A stretch of 62,243 nucleotides of DNA, counting the filler, from Basidiobolus ranarum (Eukaryota), in assembly GCA_040143965.1 (NCBI GenBank). It is 27 parts of 27 records of this genome, joined end to end, with 100 filler letters (N's around TTAATTAATTAA, not from the genome) between each part and the next. Parts side by side here need not be neighbours in the genome. Positions count along the whole stretch, not along the records: positions 23,171 to 25,381 come from JASJQH010010503.1; positions 25,482 to 27,692 come from JASJQH010010504.1; positions 27,793 to 30,001 come from JASJQH010010505.1; positions 30,102 to 32,309 come from JASJQH010010506.1; positions 32,410 to 34,616 come from JASJQH010010507.1; positions 34,717 to 36,922 come from JASJQH010010508.1; 21 more parts are not named here. One strand, written 5' to 3'. The notes beneath the pieces were generated by a model that had not been told where the DNA came from, did not search any database, and saw only the letters and a program-made list of their open reading frames with translations. Shown here one piece after another: positions 23,952 through 36,180 of this stretch. Every line of letters begins with the position of its first letter. Position 1 is the first letter of the stretch. The position numbers and the translations under genes were made by a program.

Positions 23952-25379
23952 TTAACTTGATCCTAGATCTTGTTGCATAACCAATTCATAATATTGTCCA
24001 CGGAGTGACATTAACTCTTCATGTGTACCACGTTCATTGACAACTCCACCCTTGAATACATAGATGACATCTGCTTTCTGAATAGTGGAAAGACGATGAG
24101 CGACTGCGATGGTGGTTCTACCCTTTGAAGCGTTATCCAGGGCAGTTTGAACGACTTTCTCTGATTCAGCATCCAAAGCGGAAGTAGCCTCATCCAATAG
24201 TAAAATCTTAGGGTTTCTAATCAATGCACGTGCGATAGCAATACGTTGCTTTTGACCACCGGAAAGTTGAGAACCTTTACTACCTAATGGAGTATCATAT
24301 CCTTTTGGAAGTGCAACGATGAAATCATGAATATTGGCATCACGTGCGGCTTGTTCTACCTCACTTTGAGAAGGTACTCGTTCAACGAGTCCGAAGCAGA
24401 TATTCTCCTTGATAGTCATGTCGTAAAGAGTGGGCTCTTGACCGACTAAAGCGACATGCTTACGTAAATCGTTGATGTTAATTTGACGAACATCTTTACC
24501 ATCGATCATGACGTTACCAGAAAGTGCATCGTAGAAACGTTCGGTAAGTCCAATGACTGTACTTTTACCACAACCAGAAGGACCTACAAGGGCGGCATAT
24601 TGACCGGGAAGAATATCGAGATCAAGACCACGAAGGACAGCAACACCAGGACGAGTAGGATAACGGAAATGAACATTCTTATATGTGACGCGACCTTCAA
24701 CTGAACTGATGTTTTCTCCTTCATTAGCAGAGACATCAATCAAAGGCTTACGATCTAACAGATTGATAATATTACTGGCGGCAGAAGTAGCTTTGCTAAT
24801 ATCGGGAACAAATGAGAAGATATTTCCTGCACTTTGGGCTCCAAATACAATTGCCATGAAGATGACAAAGAATTTTTGCATATCATATTCTCCACTGGCC
24901 ATTAACTTTCCACCATACCAGAAGCCAAGAGCATTAACCAAGAATACAATAGCTTGGGATAAAGCAAAGATAAAGGATGAACCAAAAGCGTTTCTTACAC
25001 CAGCTTGGACCGGTCCTTCTAATTCGAGATGATACATTCTACTAACATCATCTTCACGAGTAAGAGAGGCAACGGTACGTACAGCAGAGGCAGCTTCACA
25101 AGCAAGTTGGGCTGAATGTTCATAAGCAATCTTTTGCTGAGCTTGATAACCATTCATCATCTTCATACGAATCACACCAGCACCCATTAACACTGGTACA
25201 CATGCGATTACGACCAATGTGAGCTTCCAACCGTAGCAAAAACCAACCACAAATCCACCAAGAACAGTGACAAGTACTTGAAGTATCGTACCGAGAGTTA
25301 CACCACTGACTCCCTGAACATGAGTAGCATCGGTTGAAAGGGCTGAAACCAGTGCACCAGTATTATTACTATCCCGATC
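23952..25379 (-). CDS. ABCB/MDR (P-glycoprotein-like) ABC transporter, TMD2+NBD2 (5' part cut by contig edge)
   Basis: Open from the contig edge (DRDSNNTGALVSALSTDA...). Walker A GPSGCGKST, signature LSGGQKQRIAIARA, Walker B LLLDEATSALD and AHRLSTI. Confidence 0.95.
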   Translation of the reverse strand, partial: DRDSNNTGALVSALSTDATHVQGVSGVTLGTILQVLVTVLGGFVVGFCYGWKLTLVVIACVPVLMGAGVIRMKMMNGYQAQQKIAYEHSAQLACEAASAVRTVASLTREDDVSRMYHLELEGPVQAGVRNAFGSSFIFALSQAIVFLVNALGFWYGGKLMASGEYDMQKFFVIFMAIVFGAQSAGNIFSFVPDISKATSAASNIINLLDRKPLIDVSANEGENISSVEGRVTYKNVHFRYPTRPGVAVLRGLDLDILPGQYAALVGPSGCGKSTVIGLTERFYDALSGNVMIDGKDVRQININDLRKHVALVGQEPTLYDMTIKENICFGLVERVPSQSEVEQAARDANIHDFIVALPKGYDTPLGSKGSQLSGGQKQRIAIARALIRNPKILLLDEATSALDAESEKVVQTALDNASKGRTTIAVAHRLSTIQKADVIYVFKGGVVNERGTHEELMSLRGQYYELVMQQDLGSS

Positions 25380-27069
25380 AANNNNNNNNNNNNNNNNNNN
25401 NNNNNNNNNNNNNNNNNNNNNNNNNTTAATTAATTAANNNNNNNNNNNNNNNNNNNNNNNNNNNNNNNNNNNNNNNNNNNNGATCGACTTTGTCGGGAAA
25501 GTCAGGCTATTGATATTCGGTGTTGTTAGCACTCAGGGATTACAAAAATGCTATAAAAATTTCCGATTGTGCGGCCGGAGTTAGAGTATAATTATGGTTG
25601 TGTGAGGCTTGACGAAGATACTGAGACAAAGGCAAGTCACTACTCAGCCTTGAACACATTGGCGATTCCATGTAGATGTTCTCACCACTTTAATAATATT
25701 TATATGCTAAACAATAAAGAAATTGTTGATATATGTAGATAAGAGTGTATTTATAAATCGAAACTCTAATAAAGCATGAAAGCTAAGAGGTATCTTTGAG
25801 GTCGAGGTAAGCCAACGTTGTAGAAAAACAAGTTTTGTTAGATGGGTTAAAATTTCTAATTATGTCTTGTGCTTAAAAATATAATAAAACCCAAAGAAAT
25901 AATTGTTGATCGAAACGGTAGATGTAGCGATTAAGCAGGCTTATATAGATTTTATAGTATAAGAGATTCTTTTCTATTGTTATCTATTAAGAAAAAAGGA
26001 TGAATTATATGCAGATGGATAGCGAAAAAAATTGATTGGAATAACGATGATAAAAATACCAAGGAGCCTTAGAAAATTGGAATGTAAAATATTTTTGAGC
26101 AGAGTTGCACCTGTGCAATCATTGTAGCCTGACTAATTAGGTTACAAAGTTACAAATTTTCTTCGCAACTAGCCAATTTTCCCCATGATCATCGCCTCTA
26201 TTCAATATGGAAAGATCTTTTTAGGCGAGCTATCTTCTGATTTCTGCATGCCGAATTTGATGACCAAAACACCGAATAGTTAGTTCATCATTTGGTCATA
26301 GCTCACATGAGTCAACTCATGTTGAGACACATCTGATTGGCACGTCTGCTCTTGACACGATTAGCGTATTCTCCTTCACAGTTGCCACAAGTGCAAGCAC
26401 ATGGATATGTAGCGGTATGTTAGAGTACCAGGTGTCTAAGATTCCAATTGCAAGAAGACACTTTGCAACCAAAGTGGATGCTTTAGTAGGTTTTTTGGGG
26501 CGGAAGCTGGTAACCCCATAGATAGCAACCATAGGGTAAGAATATCCAATCAATTTGCCATTTATCTCAAACATAATAAAGTGGTGTTACCTGAGCTCAA
26601 TGTCGAGATTGAGATTCTTGGTCCAAGTATGTTACAGGATGTGGCGGTACTAGAGGGCAGATACTTGTTGCAAACGTGATTAGCGAAACACTAGCATCCA
26701 GCTCGTTAAGGGAACTGAAACTCAGCTTACGCTTCGTTTTAGTCTATCTACATTGTAAATCGAAACCACATCATTGTCTCAGTATGCGCAGTAAAATTTG
26801 TTAGTCACGATGGGTCCATACATGGTAATATCGTTCTGAAGCTTTCCTTATTCGATTTTAATCCCTGGAATGTTTAATATTCACCCTTTTAGCAAATGAT
26901 GGCTATACAAGGAAGCGCATTGGTCAACGAATCAAACAGCCTTAGCACGTTCTTGCATATTCGATACCGGACAGGGGCCATTGCGCCTTAGGCTAAATGA
27001 AATCATTGTAGTTATATGAAGGAGCAAACTATCCTCTCTACAGGATATTCAAAGGCCTTTCCTACCACT

Positions 27070-27557
27070 TGTTAAAGTATTTGGGAGGCTGTTGGAAGTG
27101 GTTTGGAGAATTAGAGAAATTGGTGATTTTCACTTATTGATTTATTAAGTAGAGAGTTGACATTCATAGTTTTGTCAAGATGTAAACAAACTAACATGTA
27201 GAATATTGAAATTAGCATTGCATAAGCACCTATATAGTTATATATTGCTTAGTACTTAGTTATCTTATATTTCACTAAGATATTACCCATTGTTCTCAAT
27301 TGGAATTTACTTGGAATATTTTTACCAACTTAGAAGTTCACAGATATATAGATTTTTCAAACATGCTAGAAGCCCCAAACTTTGCACAAATATTTCTGGG
27401 ACCTTCCTTAACACATTCTACATGTTAGTTTGTGTACATCTTGACAAAACTATAAATGTCAACTTTCTACTTAATAAATCAATAAGTGAAAATCCCCAAT
27501 TTCTCTAATTCTCCAAATCACTTCCAACAGCCTCCCAAATATTTTAACAGGTTATGA
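27070..27557. mobile_element. Family A LTR fragment (-, 27070-27203) abutting a full family A LTR (+, 27204-27549) and a truncated PBS (27550-27557)
   Basis: Direct sequence match to other family A copies; GGTTATGA follows the LTR end. Confidence 0.8.
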
Positions 27558-27692
27558 TGTTGGAGGATCTTGACATAATGAGGTAGACTTTGAGTATTAG
27601 AAGCAACTTATGATAGTGTGTTTTAGTTAGTTTATTCTTAAGAGTATATGGTGACTTATATAGTAGAAAAGTAAATCAATTGTTTGAGATAT
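27558..27692. mobile_element. LTR-like repeat family D, partial
   Basis: Matches 18276-18410. Confidence 0.7.
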
Positions 27693-27792
27693 NNNNNNNN
27701 NNNNNNNNNNNNNNNNNNNNNNNNNNNNNNNNNNNNTTAATTAATTAANNNNNNNNNNNNNNNNNNNNNNNNNNNNNNNNNNNNNNNNNNNN

Positions 27793-27892
27793 ATGTATCA
27801 TCGGTGAAGCGTAATAAAATCGAAGATTTACCAACGCTTGAGTTACCAATTAAGAGTAATTTTAAAGTAGCAGCAACTTCTCCGTCAGCCAT
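27793..27892 (-). CDS. RAB18: Rab18-like small GTPase, N-terminus (cut by contig edge)
   Basis: MADGEVAATLKLLLIGNSSVGKSSILLRFTDDT. The P-loop plus TLK...GKSS+LLRFTDDT is typical of Rab18. Only 33 codons are visible; absent from the ORF track. Confidence 0.75.
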
Positions 27893-28912
27893 TATATGAT
27901 TATTTCAATGCAATTAGGTTAAGGATGTTCTATAAAATGTGGATGTCACAGAAGCTGGAGAGTAGAGAGAGGTTGTAGGTAGGACTGTTACGTGAACTAA
28001 GCTTTTGAATAATTAAAGTTGAAGGTGGGGGGTTCATAATAATTAAGGATATTAAATTAAAATAAGGGTTAAAGGGGCTAAACCAAAAGAAATAGTGATG
28101 ATTAAAGTCGGTATTTTTATAGAAATACATGATTTATTTTATAAATATTAACAAACAGAGGTAAATCTTACTAGTAACTGAGTGATTGATAAGCAAATGC
28201 CGAAGTTGTGTCATGAAGATATAGTATAAATTTTAATTGGCCACCGTTGGGCTTAAGAGGTAAGTTCGACTATATTTGAAAAAGTTGACTGTAGTCAGTT
28301 ATAGATGGACGATCTAAGCAAGAGATTGTAACCCGAAAAGTTGTAATCGGTGATTTCCTTTCATTGCCTAAATTGTTCTTACTCAAACCCTTTTTAGATA
28401 CCCAAAATGTCCAACATTTCGCACGTTATCTGATGATCAATGTAACGAGGAGCGACAACTCATTACAACACCACAACAGCGCCACTACCGTACCGCTACC
28501 CTTGACCGGAACTCCTAGGAAGTGGCGGTCCCAAATATTCATGATGCGCATACTAAACTCCAGAGCTGGTTTCCTGACTTGATAAAAGATTGGGGGGTTT
28601 TAAAGTGATTTAGAAATCGGGCTCCGAAAAGAGGGGCAGAATAATATAAAAGGAGGTCAGGCTTTTTTTTGCCTAACTTGGCAGCAGCACAAGGCACATA
28701 CGTTGAGGCATCATTATGATCTCATGCTTTTGGTTGGTTCACCAGAATAATTTGGAGTATTTAGAGTGGTGCTAAATTCTGAAACAAGTCAACTATCTCT
28801 CTAAAGTCCTTTTTAACCCAATTTAACTTAACAAACCTTCTTGGTACTCTAATTGAAGATTCGCTTTCATTCCCTCCTTTAACGGCAACCTAAAAAGCCT
28901 TTGAAAACCTAG

Positions 28913-30001
28913 ATGTCCAGTTACGGCTCCGGAAAGTATTCGTACCTTAGTGACCGACGACTACAAGAAAATTTGCAAGTCAATGGTTCTGGCGTTGACA
29001 TCCCACGTAGCAGTCGAGATTCACAGATCTCTGTAGAAGACTTTAATTACGGCAGCTTAGGCGCCTCCATCACTCACGATATATACAAAAACATTGAGCC
29101 TCCTCAGCGACTCACTCGATCGAACAGCTTCTCGGAATCCGTAAATTCTTCTCATCTCATTTCAGATAATGGTAAGAGTGCTGTTGGAATGATGAGAGAG
29201 CCAGGAGGCTTTCGTAGAGATTACATTGTAAATAAAGCCCAGTTACAGGGAAAAGCACCTCCAGCTGCGGCAACCAGGAGTTTCATGGACTACATGTATC
29301 TTTTCGATCACTTTGCTGGTGAAGATTTGGAAAGTGAAGATGAATATGACGAGGAGGAGGAAGAAGAAGAAAGTCCTGGGGCAGTTGAATCTAGCGGTAG
29401 TAGACGACCCTTACTTGGTCGAAGTGGACGTAGAATTTCTAGAGCGGCTTCCCAGATACAAGGAACTGCTTCTTTATCCAAGGCCTTCTTCTTACTGTTT
29501 AAAGCTTTTGTCGGAACTGGAGTCTTATTTTTGCCAAAAGCATTCGCTAATGGCGGAATTGTTTTTTCAAGCGTAGTTTCACTCTTCGTAGCCTTTCTAT
29601 CTGGTCTTTCTATGTTACTACTGGTAAAAGTTCGGGAAACGATCCCTGGGGGTTTTGGTGAAATTGGTGGACAGCTATTCGGAAAAAGAATGAAATACAT
29701 TATTCTTTTTTCAATTGCCCTCTCTCAGGTTATTATGATTCGTTATTATACATATGAATGCGAGCAGTATCTAACTTCTAATATTTGTCTAAATCATTAG
29801 ATTGGATTCTCATGTGCCTACATGATTTTTATTGCCAAGAATTTAAGTGATTTAATATTAGCTATATCCAAATGTCAAGTAGTCGTTTCGGATAGATTCC
29901 TGATCATGATCCAGTTGCTTCTCTATATTCCATTCTCATGGCTCCGCAAGATGAACAGCTTATCCAACGCAGCTTTGGTCGCTAACACGGCCATCTTTTT
30001 T
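28913..30001 (+). CDS. Avt3/Avt4-like vacuolar amino acid transporter (Aa_trans), 3' end cut by contig edge
   Basis: ITHDIYK, PGGFRR, DHFAGEDL plus acidic run, and LLFKAFVGTGVLFLPKAF.NGG. Intron 29729-29800 (GT...CTAAC...TAG) joins SIALSQ to IGFSCAYMIFIAKNL. Confidence 0.92.
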
Positions 30002-30101
30002 NNNNNNNNNNNNNNNNNNNNNNNNNNNNNNNNNNNNNNNNNNNNTTAATTAATTAANNNNNNNNNNNNNNNNNNNNNNNNNNNNNNNNNNNNNNNNNNN
30101 N

Positions 30102-30376
30102 GGATTTCAAAGGTGATAAATTAGCATTCAAGTGGTAATTGTGTAAAATTTGAGTTACATTTTTTGCACATGTGTTGATCCATAGTTCTCTGAGATTTTA
30201 GCCAATCATTTGAAACTATTTTGTGAGATCTTGAAATTTCACTCCTGAAACTGAAAAAATTGATTAAAATCAAATCTAGCTTGACAATTTTATGACGGTA
30301 ATTAAATAGTCAATCCCAAATGGATTAACATTGTGATGGTTTTCCTAAATTAACAATCCTTAAATTTCTGTCAAGG
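30102..30376 (-). mobile_element. CMC transposon left end
   Basis: Ends CAATCCTTAAATTTCTGTCAAGG. Confidence 0.75.
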
Positions 30377-31891
30377 CTTATTACCAATAGTTTTTCTTCT
30401 AGTAGGTAAGTCCACAAGGATCCATATGTTAATCTTGATTACGGAGTGAATTTCATCCTCAGTGGCTTTTCTCTATTCTGTTGCTTCATCAGATTTCAGA
30501 GCCTGTGTAAATATTTCAGGTTCAAAAAAAGCAACATGTGCCAATATATTCCACCCTTTTTCTGAATTGAATATGTTGATTTCATGCTCTGATTTAAGAC
30601 ATCCAAAGTCCTTGGTATAATGGTCAGATGTTTCCCTTACAGGTTGTTTCTGATTTCCACTTGGTAGAATTTCTGAGACCTGATTGTCTGAATTTTGTGA
30701 TTTATTGCATACTTGTTGTGATTGATTCCATACTTCCAATATTTGATTGCATCCAATATCAGCCAAATTGGGAGTTGGAAATTTCTTAGATACAAGATTA
30801 GTCATAAAAGTACTACCTTGTTTCTGAGCCCAACTTCCCAATTCCTGATTGGCTGGAAAAACATCCTTTGTGGAATTACCATATTTTTCATTGGCAGAGA
30901 TAGTATGCTGATTTCCAGAACCTGGTTTCAAATTATTAGTTTCCTCAGAATAACTATCAGATTTTCTGGTATATATTGGTGCATTTTCAGTGTTGCTTAA
31001 TGTTTAACTACTTGTATAGCTGCTTGATTCCAGAATATCACATAATAGTATGTTCTCCTTAGTTTTAGTACTTGTAGTGAAGTTTGAGACAGGATTATTG
31101 CTTGTTAGTTTTCTGCTAAGAATATTCACCACAGGGATTGGTAATGATTTGAAATTTGTTATACATTCATTATTGGCTGGTGTTCTAGGCCTTGTCCCAG
31201 ATGTGATATTTCTAATTTTGAAAAATGTTGATAGATAGTTTCAGATTTTAAATTTGGCCTAATTCCAGTATCTACTCCTATGTATCATTTTCCATGTTGG
31301 TTTCAGTACTTGTTTGCTCAAGATTGGTTTCAGATGTTGTTAACTCAAAAATTGAGTTATTGAGAAATTGATTTTTGCAAAAAGGAAATTCCCTACATTA
31401 GAAGATTTGAGATTTTCTTTGATGAATATAGTCTCTGAAGTTGATGAATTGATTTGTGCCAGCAATTAGGACATGATAGCTTTTGTTTTGATAACCTAAT
31501 AAGATACATTTAATTGCCTTTTTGTTCAATTTCCCATGCTGAGTTTTAAAAATATGAGCATATACTATTAATCCATCTATTCTGATATGATTCAGTTTAA
31601 GCCTGTTTTCAGTCCAGATTTCAATAGGAGTTTTAGAGTCATGGTTACTACATGTTGTACTTCTATTTTGGAGATATACAGCTGTTGAAATAGCTGTTCC
31701 CAATAGGTCTTAGGCAGATCTGAATCAATTATCATTATACGTGCTTTTTCTACCAGAGGTCTATTCATCATTTCTACATCTCCATTTTGTCCTGCACTAT
31801 ATGGAATAGCTACTTGCTACTAAGTTCCCTTTTCATGACAAAAGCTAGTCATGGCTTCATTGCTAAGCTCAGTTCCATTATCATTGCATAG
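30377..31891 (-). mobile_element. Ty1/copia integrase to RT-start remnant
   Basis: DNGTE..., AISTAVYLQNR, KTPIEIW, KAIKCILLGY, then EPEIFTQAL...WILVDLP..RKTIGNK. Confidence 0.8.
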
Positions 31892-32309
31892 TGTCACAAT
31901 AAGGAACTAGACAATGACTGGAAACTACAACAAGAGGCTAGAAGGCTGGAGAATACTTAGGTGTAGACCACAAAAGAAGACAAGACTGCACAGGGAAGAT
32001 ACTTTAGCCAGAATCTTTATTGATAACTGGTGTTAATTGGACTGAGATCTGATCAAGGAATACATAGGGCTTCTATAGATATTGTGGGGTGAGACATAAT
32101 ATACTGGATTGGGAATATACTATGGCAAGCTCAAGTGTTAGAGTGTTGGGGACTACAAGGACCAATACAAAGAGGGACAATGTTAGGATCATGTACGACG
32201 GATCTTGTGACCTGCCATGGTAGGTCTAGGCAGAAATCCACTACGTGTGGGTGGACCTGATTGGTTTGGTGTCATGGAATGATCAAAAGAAGATGACTTC
32301 CATATAAGA
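31892..32309 (-). mobile_element. LTR family E (gypsy-like TGTCA termini), partial
   Basis: Starts TGTCACAATAAGG; reverse-complement similarity to 60795-61279 and similarity to 34717-34922. Confidence 0.6.
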
Positions 32310-32409
32310 NNNNNNNNNNNNNNNNNNNNNNNNNNNNNNNNNNNNNNNNNNNNTTAATTAATTAANNNNNNNNNNNNNNNNNNNNNNNNNNNNNNNNNNN
32401 NNNNNNNNN

Positions 32410-34616
32410 TTGATTTTTTCATCAAACAAAATATCCCAGGACTTGATTAACTTTGAAATTTTGGTATCATAGAGTCTGTAGGCCTTAGTTTGAGTACAAT
32501 AAGCCAGAAATATGCATTTCTTACTTCTTGGGTCAATCTTAGATCAATTTTTGATCATAATTTTGACATATGCAATGCATCTAAAGATCCTCCAATTTTT
32601 TACATCAGGTTTCACGCCAAACCAAGCTTGATATCATGAAGAGTTAGAAAGACTTCTAGTAAGACTCTTATTCTCCAAATAACCAGCTATAGCAACAGAT
32701 TTCACTCTATAGTTATATGATAGATTTTGTGCATTGATCATAGATCTTGCCATTTCTATTATAGTCCTGTTAGCTCTTTTGGCAACTCCATTTTGTTGAG
32801 GTGAAGGGGGGGGCAGTAGTTTGTTGCTGAATTCCATAATCTTTGCAAAAGAGCTTAAATAGTGATGAAGTATATTCTCCACCATTCTCAATATGTATCA
32901 TCTTGATTTTAGTTCCAGTTTAAGTTTCCACAAGTGTTTTAAAATCTCTGAAGATAGAGAGAACTTCTTTTCTTTCCATGAAGTAGACTCAAGTGTATCT
33001 TGTATGATAGTCAATAAATATGATGAAATATCTGTTTCCACCTAAAAAAAAATTTGCATAGGTCCAAGCAAATCTGAATGAATTGGATCCAATTTTTTGA
33101 CAGATTTGATCAAACCAGAGCCTTTGAGTGGTTGCCTGACTTGTTTTCCATATATACAACCCTCACAAACTTTCATTTTGGTTGGGAGGGGAGGTGATTT
33201 GAATTCCAGATATTAGGCAATTTTTGATCATTTTGCTCAAATGATTAAATCCAACATGGTCAAATCACTTATGCCATAATTGAATAGTTTCTTGACTGAA
33301 ATAATGCATATTTACACATAAACCTCTTGAATTATATGTAAGCTTGTATAAGTTCTGATACTTTTCTCCCAAAACTAAATAATTCCCATTTTGATCAGTC
33401 ATGATGCATCCTGATTGATCAAAATTGAATTTTAGCCCTTCTGAGGTGGCCTAGCATATGAATATTGAATTCTTGGCAATAACTGGAACATGTGGTTCAT
33501 CCTTAAAAGTATACACCTTCTCTTCAGGAGCTCTATTAAATTGACCTGAATTGTTCCCATTCTAATGGCATCCAATGTATGGTCATCTTCTATGAAAACC
33601 TTTCTAATTGGGATTTCTTCATAATCCTCAAACCAATGTTTTTCATTTGTGAAATGTTGGGAGGCTTCAGAATCTGTATGCCACATCTGAGAATCCTTGT
33701 TGGTAGTCATGGATAGAGTAGATATAGACAAGTGTTCTTCTGTTATAACCACAATTCCAGATTTAGTACATTTTTCATTGTTTGCAATTCTTTTAAAGCA
33801 ATCTTTACTTGAATGGCCAGTTCTTTAATAGTAATCACAGAATGTGTTACTTTTCTTCTTAAAGTACTTTTGACCTTTATAGGAAGGTTTCCCTTTGCCT
33901 ACTATAGCATTTTCTTCATTCTTTTGGTTGGAGCCTAATTTGCAGAAATCCTGATCCAGAAGTCTGCCAAATACATAGTTTATGGTCAAATTTTCAGTTC
34001 TTGATACTGGGGCCATTACTAGGCTCTGCAACTCATGTGACAGGCTACTCAGGATGGTAACTATGTTATCTTCATCAGCAGTACATACTCCAATGCATTC
34101 CATTTCATCCACAAAAATAGTGACTCTATTAGTTAGTGATTTAATGTCTTCTCCTGGCTTCATCTTTAAGTTCAAGAGTTGTCTTCTTGGAAACATCTTG
34201 TTGGCAGCAGAACTTGTTTGGTAGGTGTCTTCCAAGGCTTTCATATCTTCTTGGCAGTTTTAGCTCTTGTACATTGAATTAGCAATTTGTCTTTAACATT
34301 AAGAGGAAGTGTGTTAAAGATACTTTGTGCTCTTTTAACCTGGAGTAAAACTTTGGATTCAGATAGTTTTGCATTGTTTTCTTCTCCTACAACAGTGTCC
34401 CAAAGTCCTTTTTCTTGCAGCAGCATTTACATTTTAATTTACCAAACTTGAAAATTGGTTCCATCCAATTTTTCAGAAGAGGGAAAAGTTCCATAAATTT
34501 GAGAAATAGACATTACAGAGAGTGCAAGTGCAGGGATCATAACCTGTTAAGGTATTTGGGAGCCTGTTAGAGGTGGTTTGGAGAATTAGAGAAATTGATG
34601 GTTTTCACTTATTGAT
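32410..34616 (-). mobile_element. Ty1/copia family A: LTR (34545-34616), PBS (34533-34544), gag, protease, GAG-pre-integrase and integrase; degenerate
   Basis: KLDGTNFQVW, CCHC-like knuckle, WHTDSEASQH, HSDL.GP and PQQNGVAKRANRTIIEMARSM, in copia domain order. Confidence 0.9.
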
Positions 34617-34716
34617 NNNNNNNNNNNNNNNNNNNNNNNNNNNNNNNNNNNNNNNNNNNNTTAATTAATTAANNNNNNNNNNNNNNNNNNNNNNNNNNNN
34701 NNNNNNNNNNNNNNNN

Positions 34717-34922
34717 TTTGAGGAAATACACTATGTGTAGGATGACATGATTGGTTAGGTTTCATGGAATGTTCCAAAGAACATGACTTCCATATAAGGC
34801 AATCTGGATGAACTAACACCAGATTGCCAAGAAGGGATGGCACCGCAGATATGATGTCATAGTTTAATAATAGAAGAGTTCTATTTGCAGTGGATCAGTA
34901 TGCCAAGATCAGAATCATGACA
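34717..34922 (-). mobile_element. LTR family E, partial
   Basis: Ends GTATGCCAAGATCAGAATCATGACA, the reverse complement of the start at 60795. Confidence 0.65.
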
Positions 34923-35069
34923 GTGTGTTTTTCTTCTTTTGCAAATCTTTTGAAGCATTCTTTGCTTAAGTGGCATGGTAATCATAGAATGTGCTACCTT
35001 TCTTCTTCAAGTGCTTTTGACCTTTCTAGGAAGGGTTCATATAGCCTATTATAACACTTCAATCTTTTT

Positions 35070-35810
35070 CTGTAAGAAAAATAAAATCAATTTGATCCAG
35101 ATTGAATATACCTTTCTGGATTGCAAAACCCTGAGATAACCATCAAAATATTCATGGCTTGCATTCTGCCATGAATTTTTATAGTGAAATGGGGGCTAAT
35201 CAATTGTATTTTGACAGTATTCAGACATGGAAAAATATGATTCCTCACATTTGGTATTTGTTATATCATTGCCAACAATTTTGGTAAAAAACTCATTTTC
35301 AAGTGGCAAATGACTGGACTTACTGCTGCAGGAATTTGAATTAGTGTGCATGCCTTTATTTTTATATTTTAGTCTTTGTATACAAGCAATAATGAGAATC
35401 AAAAAATACATGAATCTTGTTGTGTTCAGTCACTACATATGTGCATATTAAACTGATCAGAAATAGCTCAACAACATCAATATGCCTTACCAGCAAACTA
35501 ATGGTGGAAAAATTGCTAAACGTCTGAAATTTTGAATAGCAGTGATACTTGGCAAATAGCTGATTCTTGTTACCATTCACAATAAGAGTAAGCTCTTGGA
35601 TTTTGGCAAATTTCCATAAAGAACTTGGCCAAAAAATCAGCAACTTGCAGTGAATGAATGAATGTATGGGCAAAAGTAGATGAGTCATTGCTTGAATAGA
35701 TTAACCCATGGCTTAAAAAATAATATTGTATATTTCAATCTATCTCACCAAGAAGTCTGTGTTGCAGCTTTTGTAGAAATACTGACAGATTATCACACAA
35801 ACACATTAGG
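35070..35810 (-). mobile_element. CMC transposon right-end region
   Basis: Reverse-complement homolog of about 40400-41136. Confidence 0.65.
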
Positions 35811-35834
35811 CCAGATTATAGTTTAAAGTGGCAT

Positions 35835-36147
35835 GGAGAATTAGAGAAATTTGTGACATCTGCTTGCTGATTTATAGTGTAGAAAGTTGACATTTATAGG
35901 TTTGCCAAGATGTAAGCCAACTAATGTGTAGAATGTGTCAAGGAAGGTCCTAGTAATATGTGTGTAAAGCTTAGGGCTTCTAGTACAAGTTTGAAAAGAT
36001 CTATAAATCTCAAAATTTCAATGCGCATAATATTTCTTAAGTCTGTTCCAAATGAGAATAGTGTGTAGTATCTTAGTGAAATATAAGATAACTACATACT
36101 AAGCTATATATGGCTGTATCAGTGCTTAAGCACTGCTAGTATCAACA
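35835..36147 (-). mobile_element. Diverged copia LTR family A
   Basis: GGAGAATTAGAGAAATT...TATCTTAGTGAAATATAAGATAACT...TCAACA. Confidence 0.65.
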
Positions 36148-36180
36148 AATGCAACTTTCACATCTGGTAATATTTGAGGG

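Noticed and set aside
24685-25032. Antisense ORFs over real genes (also 29308-29700 and 42858-43187)
   Set aside because: They are shadows of codon bias on the opposite strand of conserved coding sequences.
29729-29800. C-terminus VIMIRYYTYECEQYLTSNICLNH of the 295-aa ORF
   Set aside because: It is intron read-through. Splicing joins the ORF in frame to the downstream transmembrane exon.
23952-30001. Apparent transporter cluster (ABCB plus amino-acid permease)
   Set aside because: The genes are on different contigs separated by spacers, so their proximity is artificial.
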